Shown here piece after piece: positions 10,103 through 18,348 of a stretch of DNA of 25,762 nucleotides (the stretch's first letter is position 1; each line of letters opens with the position of its first letter). The notes beneath the pieces were generated by a model. That model had not been told where the DNA came from. It saw nothing but the letters and a program-made list of their open reading frames with translations, and did not search any database. This DNA comes from a virus. Taxonomy: Duplodnaviria > Caudoviricetes. The translations under genes were made by a program, and so were the position numbers. The DNA lies in IMG/VR virus record IMGVR_UViG_3300047403_000169, positions 1-25,762 of that record, one strand, 5' to 3'.

Positions 10103-10849
10103 ATGTTTACACATTTCGAAAAGCGACAACTACAAGAGTGGTATACCAATATAAAACAACAAAGACATTCCAGAAACGAATACTCTGGAATGTCTCAAAG
10201 ACAAATCTGGATAAAGGCAAACCCGTGCCCATTGGAACAAAAGATAATTTCTCTATACACTGAAGGTCACGGATTCAAAACACTTGCCAAACATCTTGGA
10301 TTGACATACTCTGTATGTAGAAAATTGTGTATTGATTATATTGGTATAGAACACAGAAAAGGAATGAGTGTTGTCACCGACGCTCTAAGACAGAAAAGGA
10401 GTGATAATGTTAAGGGTGAGAAGTCGCCTTGGTATGATTGGCCACACAAAATGCCACAACTATTATCCAAGAATGGAAAAACGATACAAGGGTATTATAT
10501 AAAGAAAGATGGCAGCAAAGTTTGGTTACGATCTACATATGAGTATATAATGGCCAAATGGTTAGACAAAATCAATGCTGATTGGAAAACAGAAGAAAGA
10601 TGTTATATTCTCTCTAATGGAGAACGATACAGACCGGATTTCTTTATATATGAAAATAATGAAATGAAGACTATAATAGAAACGAAGTCAAGATATTTTA
10701 ACAAGGATAACAGAGAATACAAGTTTCATCTATTCAAGGAAGAATATAAATTGAATTGTATGATTGTAACAGACATAACAAAGTTTACGAATAATACTTA
10801 TCAACAGGAGTTAAAAGAATGGAAGCAAAAACGTATATTGGAAAACTAA
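10103..10849 (+). CDS. Free-standing putative homing endonuclease, PD-(D/E)XK type
   Basis: LRSTYE...YRPDFFI...IIETKS; sits between the two intein halves. Confidence 0.8.
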   Translation: MFTHFEKRQLQEWYTNIKQQRHSRNEYSGMSQRQIWIKANPCPLEQKIISLYTEGHGFKTLAKHLGLTYSVCRKLCIDYIGIEHRKGMSVVTDALRQKRSDNVKGEKSPWYDWPHKMPQLLSKNGKTIQGYYIKKDGSKVWLRSTYEYIMAKWLDKINADWKTEERCYILSNGERYRPDFFIYENNEMKTIIETKSRYFNKDNREYKFHLFKEEYKLNCMIVTDITKFTNNTYQQELKEWKQKRILEN

Positions 10850-10938
10850 AGTCCAGAAAGATTGTATCAAATGAAGATACATATGATATTCAAACATCAA
10901 CTCATAACTTTTTTGCTAATGACATTCTGGTACATAAC
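10819..10938 (+). other. Split intein C-fragment (NrdJ-1 type)
   Basis: Ends His-Asn with +1 Ser. Confidence 0.93.
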
Positions 10939-11880
10939 AGCGAAATCGTTCTTAGAAATCGTGAATTTTGCAATCTGACAGAAGTTGTTGTTAGAAGCAC
11001 CGACACTTTGGAAACTCTAAAGGAAAAAGTGAAGATTGGTACAATCTTTGGTACATTTCAATCGACATTGACAGATTTCAAATATCTTACAAAAAAATGG
11101 AAAGAAAACTGTGATGAAGAAAGATTGCTTGGTGTATCTTTGACTGGAATCATGGATAGTGCGCTAACAAATGGTAAACAGGGTCCGGAAAAACTAAAAG
11201 CTGTTTTAAATGAACTTCGAAAGATTGCGATAGATACAAACAAGATTTGGGCCAAGAAACTTGGGATTAATCAATCCGTTGCTGTGACTTGTGTTAAACC
11301 TAGCGGAACGGTTTCACAATTGGTAGATTCTGGTTCCGGTATTCATGCCAGACATTCACCTTATTATGTTCGGACGGTCAGAGCAGACAAAAAAGACCCA
11401 TTAGCTAAAATGATGGTCGATGCTGGATTTCCAGTTGAAGATGATGTAATGAAACCAAATCATACATATGTGTTTTCATTTCCTATTAAAACTTCTGGTG
11501 ACGCTGTATATCGAAAAGATTTAACAGCTATTCAGCAACTTGAAACCTGGTTGATATATTATCGCGAATGGTGTGAACATAAACCATCAATCACTGTAAC
11601 AGTCCGTGAAGAAGAATGGATGGAAGTTGGTGCTTGGGTATGGAATCATTTTGATGAAATGTCAGGTGTATCATTTCTACCATATTCAGATCATGTTTAT
11701 AAACAAGCGCCTTATCAAGACTGCACAAAAGAAGAATATGAGGCATTAGAAGCAAAGATGCCCAAGAATGTGGATTGGTCGAAGTTGTCTGAATATGAAA
11801 CACGCGATCATACTGCTGGTTCTCAAACAGCCGCATGTTCGGCAGATGGTTCTGGATGTGAGATTGTCGATCTAGTATAA
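10819..11880 (+). CDS. nrdJ: Split intein C-half (40 aa) fused to class II RNR C-part
   Basis: TYDIQTSTHNFFANDILVHN|SEIVL, FCNLTE, TCVKPSGTVSQL, C-terminal redox Cys pair. Confidence 0.95.
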   Translation: MEAKTYIGKLKSRKIVSNEDTYDIQTSTHNFFANDILVHNSEIVLRNREFCNLTEVVVRSTDTLETLKEKVKIGTIFGTFQSTLTDFKYLTKKWKENCDEERLLGVSLTGIMDSALTNGKQGPEKLKAVLNELRKIAIDTNKIWAKKLGINQSVAVTCVKPSGTVSQLVDSGSGIHARHSPYYVRTVRADKKDPLAKMMVDAGFPVEDDVMKPNHTYVFSFPIKTSGDAVYRKDLTAIQQLETWLIYYREWCEHKPSITVTVREEEWMEVGAWVWNHFDEMSGVSFLPYSDHVYKQAPYQDCTKEEYEALEAKMPKNVDWSKLSEYETRDHTAGSQTAACSADGSGCEIVDLV

Positions 11881-11883
11881 ATA
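11876..11883 (+). promoter_or_regulatory. T4-type late promoter candidate
   Basis: TATAAATA overlapping the nrdJ stop codon, just before ORF 11888. Confidence 0.5.
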
Positions 11884-11887
11884 CTAG

Positions 11888-12298
11888 ATGAATAATAATA
11901 AACAAACGGCAAAATTCATAGTTATAAACACCATGCTGATTTCCTTATTGGGATCAGCATGGTGGGCTGATTTTCTATTTGGTTTCTCAAAACTTCACAT
12001 GATGGAATACGCGATGATTTTATTTCTTTTAGCGTATTTTATGGTGGGAATTATATCATCATTATTTAAAAAATGGGAAATAGTGAGACATATTGCTAAT
12101 GGATTACCAATGTGGGCCTTGGCTTTTACTGGTATTGGTATCATAAATGCAGCAATAGGACTTTCAAATACTGAAACAGATACGCTTTTGATTGTTTTTA
12201 AAAATCTTGCTTTAGCTATTTCGCCCAACATCGTGGGTGTATTTCTGATGATTTGGCTTAGAGAAATCGCACTATGGTGCGGTCATGAAGAAACCTAG
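11888..12298 (+). CDS. Multi-pass membrane protein, possibly MotA/TolQ/ExbB-like
   Basis: About four hydrophobic segments; coupled to a single-TM protein with an intramembrane Asp. Confidence 0.55.
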   Translation: MNNNKQTAKFIVINTMLISLLGSAWWADFLFGFSKLHMMEYAMILFLLAYFMVGIISSLFKKWEIVRHIANGLPMWALAFTGIGIINAAIGLSNTETDTLLIVFKNLALAISPNIVGVFLMIWLREIALWCGHEET

Positions 12299-12857
12299 TG
12301 TAGGATTTGAATGGTCGTATAGAGATTTACTCTTTACGATGATGATCGCATTTATGGCCATGTCAATCATGGCTTTGATCATAACAACAAAAAAACTTGA
12401 AACAGATTCGATAAATCAGGGTAATATTCTCATAGAACTTTTCTGGGATAAAACTATTACCGCTGATATTGATTTATGGGTGAAAGCTCCCAATGAAAAA
12501 TCTGTGGGTTATTCACGAAAAAATGGAATAACTTTCAATCTGCTTAGAGACGATTTGGGGCGTGCATATGATCCTGAATCACGAAACTCGGAAATCGCTG
12601 TTGGACGTGGAATAAAATCCGGAGAATATATTGTCAACATTCACAGATTTTCTTCAATAACAGAAAGTCCCATATCATGTACCATTTCTGTCACGGTTCA
12701 TAAAAATGGCACAACCGTTAATATTTTTAAGGAAAAACATGTATTAACGCTTCCATTGGAGGAAGCAACGGTCGCGAGATTTACATTAGACGAAACTGGT
12801 CATTATAATCCAGCCAGTTTCAATAAAGTATTCAGAAGTCTTAGAGAGGATAAATAA
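12285..12857 (+). CDS. Single-TM protein with YfaP/DUF2135-like periplasmic domain
   Basis: YRDLLF TM; ELFWD...DIDLWVKAP...LRDDLG...EYIVNIH. Confidence 0.6.
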   Translation: MKKPSVGFEWSYRDLLFTMMIAFMAMSIMALIITTKKLETDSINQGNILIELFWDKTITADIDLWVKAPNEKSVGYSRKNGITFNLLRDDLGRAYDPESRNSEIAVGRGIKSGEYIVNIHRFSSITESPISCTISVTVHKNGTTVNIFKEKHVLTLPLEEATVARFTLDETGHYNPASFNKVFRSLREDK

Positions 12858-12859
12858 CG

Positions 12860-13318
12860 TTGTTGTTGATCATATTATTCCTTCTTATATCGCTTTTTCT
12901 TGGTATCATATTGACTTTAAATATGTACGATAGAAAGATATCATCGTCTTTTCTGTATATGATGTTTTTATTGTTTATTCTTGGTTGTTTTCTGGAAATA
13001 AAAGGAACATCAAAAAATATCAATCATGAATGGAGAAGCATTAAGGAAAATACAATCATTTCTACATATGAGGATGAACCAAAAGCAATTTATGTGTGGT
13101 TAATATCAAACGAATCAAAAGAACCTAAAGCATATCGATTGCCGTGGTCTATTGAAACTGCTGAAAATCTTAGAAAGGCCAAAGAAAGAGCTAAATCTAA
13201 TAATACAGATATAGAAATGGACACAACTAAATATGAAGAAAATGATAACTCGGAAATGTCTTCCGTGTTGTTTAGGGATAAACCACCAAAAGAGTTACCA
13301 CCAAAAGTATTAAAATGA
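12860..13318 (+). CDS. Membrane protein
   Basis: Two N-terminal TMs, IYVWL...EPKAYRLPW; TTG start uncertain. Confidence 0.65.
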   Translation: MLLIILFLLISLFLGIILTLNMYDRKISSSFLYMMFLLFILGCFLEIKGTSKNINHEWRSIKENTIISTYEDEPKAIYVWLISNESKEPKAYRLPWSIETAENLRKAKERAKSNNTDIEMDTTKYEENDNSEMSSVLFRDKPPKELPPKVLK

Positions 13319-13770
13319 AATCGTTTAGATTATTTTTAGAATCAAAAGACGACAATCCTAAAATGGCTGCTGGAGTTCTATTTTATGCTCCAGATACAAA
13401 AAAATATGGTGCTGCGTTGAGAAGCGCAAAGTGTGATTCTCCACACACATATGGTCCGGTCGGTGGTTCAGGAAAAGGAAATGAAACTCCAGAACAAGCT
13501 TGCTGTCGTGAAACGGATGAAGAAATAAAGTTCAAACTAAATCCAAAGAAACTTACAAAACTCGATTCAAGCACCAAAGGTGATTTCACATATCATACAT
13601 TTTTATACAAACTAAATAAGCAGACTGATATGAATGATATAAGTCTAAATGATGAAAATGATGATTTTGTCTGGTTTGATATCAACAATCCACCAAAACC
13701 ACTTCATCCTGGATTTGCCAAAACACTGGAAAAAAATAAAGAAAGACTGGAGAATCTATCTTATGAATAA
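13315..13770 (+). CDS. Nudix hydrolase
   Basis: Nudix box GGSGKGNETPEQACCRETDEEI; PLHPG. Confidence 0.88.
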   Translation: MKSFRLFLESKDDNPKMAAGVLFYAPDTKKYGAALRSAKCDSPHTYGPVGGSGKGNETPEQACCRETDEEIKFKLNPKKLTKLDSSTKGDFTYHTFLYKLNKQTDMNDISLNDENDDFVWFDINNPPKPLHPGFAKTLEKNKERLENLSYE

Positions 13771-13933
13771 CATAACATGTGAAAACTGTGAATCAATCTA
13801 CACAATAATATTTAAAGACGAGGACACGATTGGAACACCCGAATATTGTCCTTTTTGTGGTGAGATTATTGAAGAAGATTTGAAGAAATATGATTCCGAT
13901 GATGAAATAGATGAATCACGATGGGAAGAATAA
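13763..13933 (+). CDS. Small Zn-ribbon protein
   Basis: MNNITCENC...YCPFCG with acidic tail; GGAG SD; start placed at ATG 13763. Confidence 0.75.
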   Translation: MNNITCENCESIYTIIFKDEDTIGTPEYCPFCGEIIEEDLKKYDSDDEIDESRWEE

Positions 13934-14478
13934 TAGGAATCGATTATAGTCTTACTTGTCCTTGTATATGTGTTCAAGAAAAAAGCAATACCAAATTTAT
14001 CGATTCTAAAATTCATTATCTAACAGACAATAAAAAAATGACTGGTGTTTTTGGTAATATCATCGGTCATTCTCATATGGATTATAATAGTCCAGAACAA
14101 CGCTATGAACAAATAACGTTTTGGACTATAAATCAGATGGAAAAGATATCAGATATAGAAAAAGTTTATATGGAAGATTATTCCTTTGGTAGCAAAGGAA
14201 AAGTATATAATATAGCCGAAAATGCAGGTCTCCTGAAATACCAAATGTATAAACTAGGAATAAAGTTTGAAACTATACCACCAACAAGAATAAAGAAATT
14301 CGTTGGTAAGGGAAACTATTCAAAGGATCAAATGTATGATGCTTTTCTGAATAAAACAGAAATAGATTTATACAAACAATTAGGAATAACAAGAGGTAAA
14401 AAAGTATCTTCTCCTGTTTCTGATATAGTAGATTCTTATTTTATTGCTTGTTACGGATTAGAACAAAATAATACTTGA
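13921..14478 (+). CDS. RuvC-like Holliday junction resolvase
   Basis: IIGIDYS, YMEDYSF, IAENAG, KKFVGKGN-SKDQM, DIVDSY. Confidence 0.85.
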   Translation: MGRIIGIDYSLTCPCICVQEKSNTKFIDSKIHYLTDNKKMTGVFGNIIGHSHMDYNSPEQRYEQITFWTINQMEKISDIEKVYMEDYSFGSKGKVYNIAENAGLLKYQMYKLGIKFETIPPTRIKKFVGKGNYSKDQMYDAFLNKTEIDLYKQLGITRGKKVSSPVSDIVDSYFIACYGLEQNNT

Positions 14479-14493
14479 AAACCAGACACACTG

Positions 14494-14522
14494 ATTATAT
14501 ACCACTGTCAATAGTGTGTCAA
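14494..14522 (-). promoter_or_regulatory. Minus-strand consensus sigma70 promoter
   Basis: Reverse complement reads TTGACA-17-TATAAT. Confidence 0.6.
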
Positions 14523-14640
14523 GTAAAAAAATCACATATTCATAAAAATATTTTTTGTCACAAAGCTTGATTTTGCTGCACCTGCTCACTATATATTAGT
14601 AGTCGCGCCAATCGTGGGCGACACAAAACAGGAGGTGCCT

Positions 14641-14886
14641 ATGTGGCCTTTATTTACCGATACTGAAAATAAGTTTTATTCCGAAGCAAAGAAGAACATG
14701 GAAACTTATGTAGAAAGAACAAAAGACTTTGTTTCCGATGTTACACAGTTTCAAGTCCGAGTTGCTAAGGATGTTGTTGATATGATCAACAAATATTCTG
14801 GAAATTCCTTTAATGTTTTTGAAGATATGTTCACAAAACAGGCTGAGGAATATCTCCGCATAGTTTCCGTTTATACTAAAAAGTAA
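14641..14886 (+). CDS. Small helical protein, possibly phasin-like
   Basis: GGAGG SD before ATG 14641; amphipathic helical 81 aa. Confidence 0.6.
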   Translation: MWPLFTDTENKFYSEAKKNMETYVERTKDFVSDVTQFQVRVAKDVVDMINKYSGNSFNVFEDMFTKQAEEYLRIVSVYTKK

Positions 14887-14908
14887 TATTCTGTAAAATA
14901 TTGTTATG

Positions 14909-14943
14909 AATCGTCTGTAATTGGATACAGTTGCAGACGATTT
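14909..14943 (+). terminator. Stem-loop / probable terminator
   Basis: AATCGTCTGTAATTG-GATA-CAGTTGCAGACGATT. Confidence 0.6.
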
Positions 14944-14955
14944 ATCACATATTTC

Positions 14956-14984
14956 TTGACTTCTTATGCATTATATTATATAAT
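14956..14984 (+). promoter_or_regulatory. Sigma70 promoter of the solitary QV mini-gene
   Basis: TTGACT-17-TATAAT; ATG at 14991. Confidence 0.8.
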
Positions 14985-14990
14985 GTAGGA

Positions 14991-15185
14991 ATGAAACTCA
15001 AATCAGTCAGTCATCAAGTCTCGGATCAAGTCAGGGATCAAGTCTGGGATCAAGTCTCGGATCAAGTCTATGATCAAGTCGGGGATCAAGTCTGGAATCA
15101 AGTCTGGAATCAAGTCTGGAATCAAGTCGGGGATCAAGTCTTGGATCAAGTCTTAGATATCATCAATAAAAATAAAACCCAATGA
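14991..15185 (+). CDS. Solitary xxQV-repeat mini-protein (64 aa, 12 units)
   Basis: MKLKSV-(xxQV)12[10 protein letters not shown]; same start as the array genes. Confidence 0.75.
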   Translation: MKLKSVSHQVSDQVRDQVWDQVSDQVYDQVGDQVWNQVWNQVWNQVGDQVLDQVLDIINKNKTQ

Positions 15186-15239
15186 AATCAATCACTTAGG
15201 CTAAGTCATTGAAATCATTGATTTTTTAGTTGTTGACTT
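15145..15239 (+). repeat. 95-bp direct repeat, copy 1 (mini-gene tail, palindrome and -35 box)
   Basis: Identical to 18308-18402. Confidence 0.9.
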
Positions 15240-15261
15240 GACTATATAATAATGATACAAT
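15233..15261 (+). promoter_or_regulatory. Sigma70 promoter of the partner gene
   Basis: TTGACT-17-TACAAT with TGn extension. Confidence 0.7.
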
Positions 15262-15318
15262 ACACATACAAAATCGGAATGGTTCTGATTTTTCATAAAG
15301 AAATAGGATGAATATAAC

Positions 15319-15672
15319 ATGAAGACTTTTGATCGAATGGCAGCGCAGGGTGACTTTATTATCATGCGAATTGCCGATCTTCCTGCTAATCTTGTGCCGC
15401 TTGCTACTGAGAATGGGAAGTATGTTGTCGCCCACTCGGAAACTGGTCATAATCACGTTATGACTATGGATCGTGTTAAGGGTTACAAGCGTAAGGAAAT
15501 CACGGACGATTCCAAGTTGTTTGAGTTGTTCTTTGCCGTTGAGGCACCTACGGAGATTGAGCATCTTCGGTCGTTTGATACCCATGAGACTATTCAGGTC
15601 AAGCCTGGTAACTATGTGGTTAAGCGGCAGCGGGAGTATGTCGCTGAAGGTTTCCGTAAGGCAGCCGACTAA
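15319..15672 (+). CDS. His-rich hypothetical protein, typical neighbour of DUF6745 genes
   Basis: QGDFII...AHSETGHNH...EH...THE...PGNYVVKRQREY motif set. Confidence 0.75.
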   Translation: MKTFDRMAAQGDFIIMRIADLPANLVPLATENGKYVVAHSETGHNHVMTMDRVKGYKRKEITDDSKLFELFFAVEAPTEIEHLRSFDTHETIQVKPGNYVVKRQREYVAEGFRKAAD

Positions 15673-15678
15673 TTCGTA

Positions 15679-15792
15679 TAACTCATTGATTTTATTGATA
15701 AAGAAAAACGTCAATAATTTCAATGGGTTATCCTAACTAACTGAAATCATTGATTTCTTTTCTCTTGCTTTAATATCCACCTGTGTTATTAT
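15679..15792 (+). promoter_or_regulatory. Palindromic cassette plus promoter of the DUF6745-like gene
   Basis: Inverted repeat 15679-15730; TTGCTT (15765) and TGn-TATTAT (15787). Confidence 0.6.
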
Positions 15793-15828
15793 ACACAGAC
15801 TAAACAGAAACGCCAAACGGAGTTTATT

Positions 15829-16689
15829 ATGATTAAAGAATTGACTAAGGTTCAGCAGGATCAGATTCCTGTTTATCGTGACAAGTGGCTTGATATCGGT
15901 CTTTCAACGGATCGTATTGATCGTGATAAGGCAATCGAGTCTGTAAAGAAGGCTTATAGGCTGGTTGGCCTAAAGGAACCGACTAAGTTTCATTTTGTTG
16001 ATTCCCCCACGGCTGCTATTAAATATATTCGGTCAATCGATTCCTCATTGACTGTTGATGATATTCTCGGTTCGACCATCTATGGCGCACATGACGCTGG
16101 TTGGCTTTCGTTCTATGAATACTTTAAAGAAGTTTGTGATATCAATGACTGTAACAAGCTTGATGGTCTATTTGAGTTGGCCAAGAATGTTGGTTGGACA
16201 AACGTATATGAGGACTTAGTCGTTTTCCAGGAAAAGCCTATCGCTATTCGGTTTGACGATCAGAAGCGGCTCCACTGTGAGACTGGTCCGGCTGTTGAAT
16301 ATGCTGATGGTTTTGGTTTTTATTCGTGGCATGGTGTAGTCATTCCGGCCGAGTGGATTACCAAGCGGTCTGAGTTGTCTCCCAAGACTGCACTCTCTTG
16401 GTCCAATATTGAGCAGCGCCGTGCGGCCTGTGAAATTGTGACTTGGGCTCGTATTCTTCGCGAGTTGAATGCTAAGATTATTGACGAGGATGCCGATCCT
16501 ATGATTGGTACGCTTGTCGAGGTTACTCTGCCCGATCTTGGTAAGGAGAAGTTTCTAAAGGTTCTTTGTGGTACCGGTCGTGAGTTTGCGATTCCTGTGC
16601 CGCCGGAAATGAAGACTGCGTTGGATGCCAATGCTTGGACTTTCGATCTTGATGGTAACACCCTTCGAAAGCTTGAAGTCCGAACCTGA
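15829..16689 (+). CDS. DUF6745-like protein without an internal repeat tract
   Basis: DKW...LST...DSP...YGAHDAGWLSFY...GW...EKP...RLHCETGPAVEYADGFGFYSWHGV...NIEQRR...CGTGREFAIPVPP; GGAG SD. Confidence 0.75.
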   Translation: MIKELTKVQQDQIPVYRDKWLDIGLSTDRIDRDKAIESVKKAYRLVGLKEPTKFHFVDSPTAAIKYIRSIDSSLTVDDILGSTIYGAHDAGWLSFYEYFKEVCDINDCNKLDGLFELAKNVGWTNVYEDLVVFQEKPIAIRFDDQKRLHCETGPAVEYADGFGFYSWHGVVIPAEWITKRSELSPKTALSWSNIEQRRAACEIVTWARILRELNAKIIDEDADPMIGTLVEVTLPDLGKEKFLKVLCGTGREFAIPVPPEMKTALDANAWTFDLDGNTLRKLEVRT

Positions 16690-16723
16690 TTAAAACTTGA
16701 TATTTTTAAACTCTATGTAAACT

Positions 16724-16757
16724 GGGAGGAGAGTTTTAAACTCTTCTCCCTTTTTTT
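16724..16757 (+). terminator. Intrinsic terminator
   Basis: GGGAGGAGAGTT..AACTCTTCTCCC followed by T7. Confidence 0.8.
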
Positions 16758-16765
16758 GAATTGCG

Positions 16766-16993
16766 ATGAAACTCAAATCAGTCGAGGCTCAAGTCTCGGA
16801 TCAAGTCAGGGATCAAGTCGAGGCTCAAGTCTCGGATCAAGTCCGGGATCAAGTCTGGCATCAAGTCTGGGGTCAAGTCGGGGCTCAAGTCAGGGATCAA
16901 GTCTGGCGTCAAGTCGGGGATCAAGTCTGGGATCAAGTCGAGGCTCAAGTCAGGAATCAAGTCTCGATTCAAGTCAGGACTATACATCGATGA
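16766..16993 (+). CDS. xxQV mini-protein A1 (75 aa)
   Basis: MKLKSV-(xxQV)16-RTIHR. Confidence 0.65.
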   Translation: MKLKSVEAQVSDQVRDQVEAQVSDQVRDQVWHQVWGQVGAQVRDQVWRQVGDQVWDQVEAQVRNQVSIQVRTIHR

Positions 16994-17169
16994 AACTCAA
17001 ATCAGTCAGGACTCAAGTCAGGGATCAAGTCTCGGATCAAGTCTCGGATCAAGTCGGGCGTCAAGTCTATGCTCAAGTCGGGAATCAAGTCTGGGATCAA
17101 GTCTGGAATCAAGTCAGGATTCAAGTCGGGGATCAAATCTGGCGTCAAGTCAAGACTCTACATCAATGA
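16990..17169 (+). CDS. xxQV mini-protein A2 (59 aa)
   Basis: ATGA overlap; 12 units; KTLHQ tail. Confidence 0.65.
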   Translation: MKLKSVRTQVRDQVSDQVSDQVGRQVYAQVGNQVWDQVWNQVRIQVGDQIWRQVKTLHQ

Positions 17170-17405
17170 AACTCAAATCAGTCAAGAATCAAGTCTGGCA
17201 TCAAGTCGCGGCTCAAGTCTGGCGTCAAGTCGAGGCTCAAGTCTATGCTCAAGTCAGGAATCAAGTCTGGGATCAAGTCAGGGATCAAGTCAGGGATCAA
17301 ATCTGGAATCAAGTCTGGCATCAAGTCAAGAATCAAGTCAGGGATCAAGTCAGGGATCAAGTCAGGGATCAAATCTATGATCAAGTCAGGGCTATACATC
17401 GATGA
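17166..17405 (+). CDS. xxQV mini-protein A3 (79 aa)
   Basis: ATGA overlap; 17 units; RAIHR tail. Confidence 0.65.
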   Translation: MKLKSVKNQVWHQVAAQVWRQVEAQVYAQVRNQVWDQVRDQVRDQIWNQVWHQVKNQVRDQVRDQVRDQIYDQVRAIHR

Positions 17406-17641
17406 AACTCAAATCAGTCAAGGCTCAAGTTGAGGATCAAGTCGGGGATCAAGTCTGGGCTCAAGTCTCGAATCAAATCGGGATTCAAGTCTGGAATCAA
17501 GTCTCGGATCAAGTCAGGGCTCAAGTCTGGGATCAAGTCTGGAATCAAGTCTCGGATCAAGTCTGGAATCAAGTCAGGGATCAAGTCAGGGATCAAGTCA
17601 GGGATCAAATCTGGCGTCAAGTCAAGACTCTACATCAATGA
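17402..17641 (+). CDS. xxQV mini-protein A4 (79 aa)
   Basis: ATGA overlap; 17 units; KTLHQ tail. Confidence 0.65.
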   Translation: MKLKSVKAQVEDQVGDQVWAQVSNQIGIQVWNQVSDQVRAQVWDQVWNQVSDQVWNQVRDQVRDQVRDQIWRQVKTLHQ

Positions 17642-17733
17642 AACTCAAATCAGTCAAGAATCAAGTCAGGGATCAAGTCAGGGATCAAGTCAGGGATCAA
17701 ATCTGGCGTCAAGTCAAGACTCTACATCAATGA
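17638..17733 (+). CDS. xxQV mini-protein A5 (31 aa)
   Basis: ATGA overlap; 5 units; KTLHQ tail. Confidence 0.6.
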   Translation: MKLKSVKNQVRDQVRDQVRDQIWRQVKTLHQ

Positions 17734-17945
17734 AACTCAAATCAGTCAAGAATCAAGTCTGGCATCAAGTCGGGGCTCAAGTCTGGGATCAAGTCTCGGA
17801 TCAAGTCTCGGATCAAGTCTCGGATCAAGTCTGGCGTCAAGTCAGGGATCAAGTCAAGTCTCAAGTCTCGGATCAAGTCTTGCGTCAAGTCTGGGATCAA
17901 GTCTGGATTCAAGTCAGGAATCGAGTCAGGACTATACATCGATGA
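17730..17945 (+). CDS. xxQV mini-protein A6 (71 aa)
   Basis: ATGA overlap; 15 units; RTIHR tail. Confidence 0.65.
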   Translation: MKLKSVKNQVWHQVGAQVWDQVSDQVSDQVSDQVWRQVRDQVKSQVSDQVLRQVWDQVWIQVRNRVRTIHR

Positions 17946-18121
17946 AACTCAAATCAGTCAGGACTCAAGTCAGGGATCAAGTCTCGGATCAAGTCTCGGA
18001 TCAAGTCTGGGATCAAGTCGGGCATCAAATCTGGAATCAAGTCTCGGATCAAGTCAGGGTTCAAGTCTATACTCAAGTCTGGCATCAAGTCTGGGTTCAA
18101 GTCAAGACTCTACATCAATGA
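17942..18121 (+). CDS. xxQV mini-protein A7 (59 aa)
   Basis: ATGA overlap; 12 units; KTLHQ tail. Confidence 0.65.
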   Translation: MKLKSVRTQVRDQVSDQVSDQVWDQVGHQIWNQVSDQVRVQVYTQVWHQVWVQVKTLHQ

Positions 18122-18348
18122 AACTCAAATCAGTCAAGAATCAAGTCTCGGATCAAGTCTGGAATCAAGTCAGGGATCAAGTCAGGGATCAAGTCAGGGA
18201 TCAAATCTGGCGTCAAGTCTGGGCTCAAGTCTCGAATCAAATCGGGATTCAAATCTGGAATCAAGTCAGGGATCAAGTCAGGGATCAAATCTGGAATCAA
18301 GTCTGGCATCAAGTCTTAGATATCATCAATAAAAATAAAACCCAATGA
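18118..18348 (+). CDS. xxQV mini-protein A8 (76 aa)
   Basis: ATGA overlap; 15 units; [10 protein letters not shown] tail. Confidence 0.65.
   Translation: MKLKSVKNQVSDQVWNQVRDQVRDQVRDQIWRQVWAQVSNQIGIQIWNQVRDQVRDQIWNQVWHQVLDIINKNKTQ

Larger units (their letters stand above)
16766..18348 (+). repeat. QV array 1: eight chained mini-genes of 12-bp units
   Basis: About 109 units of NNN-NNT-CAA-GTC interrupted by conserved junctions ending ...ACATC(G/A)ATGAAACTCAAATCAGTC. Confidence 0.95.

Noticed and set aside
10054-10819. Group I intron or frameshifted pseudogene explanation for the nrdJ break
   Set aside because: Both fragments carry complete intein halves, which explains the split by protein trans-splicing.
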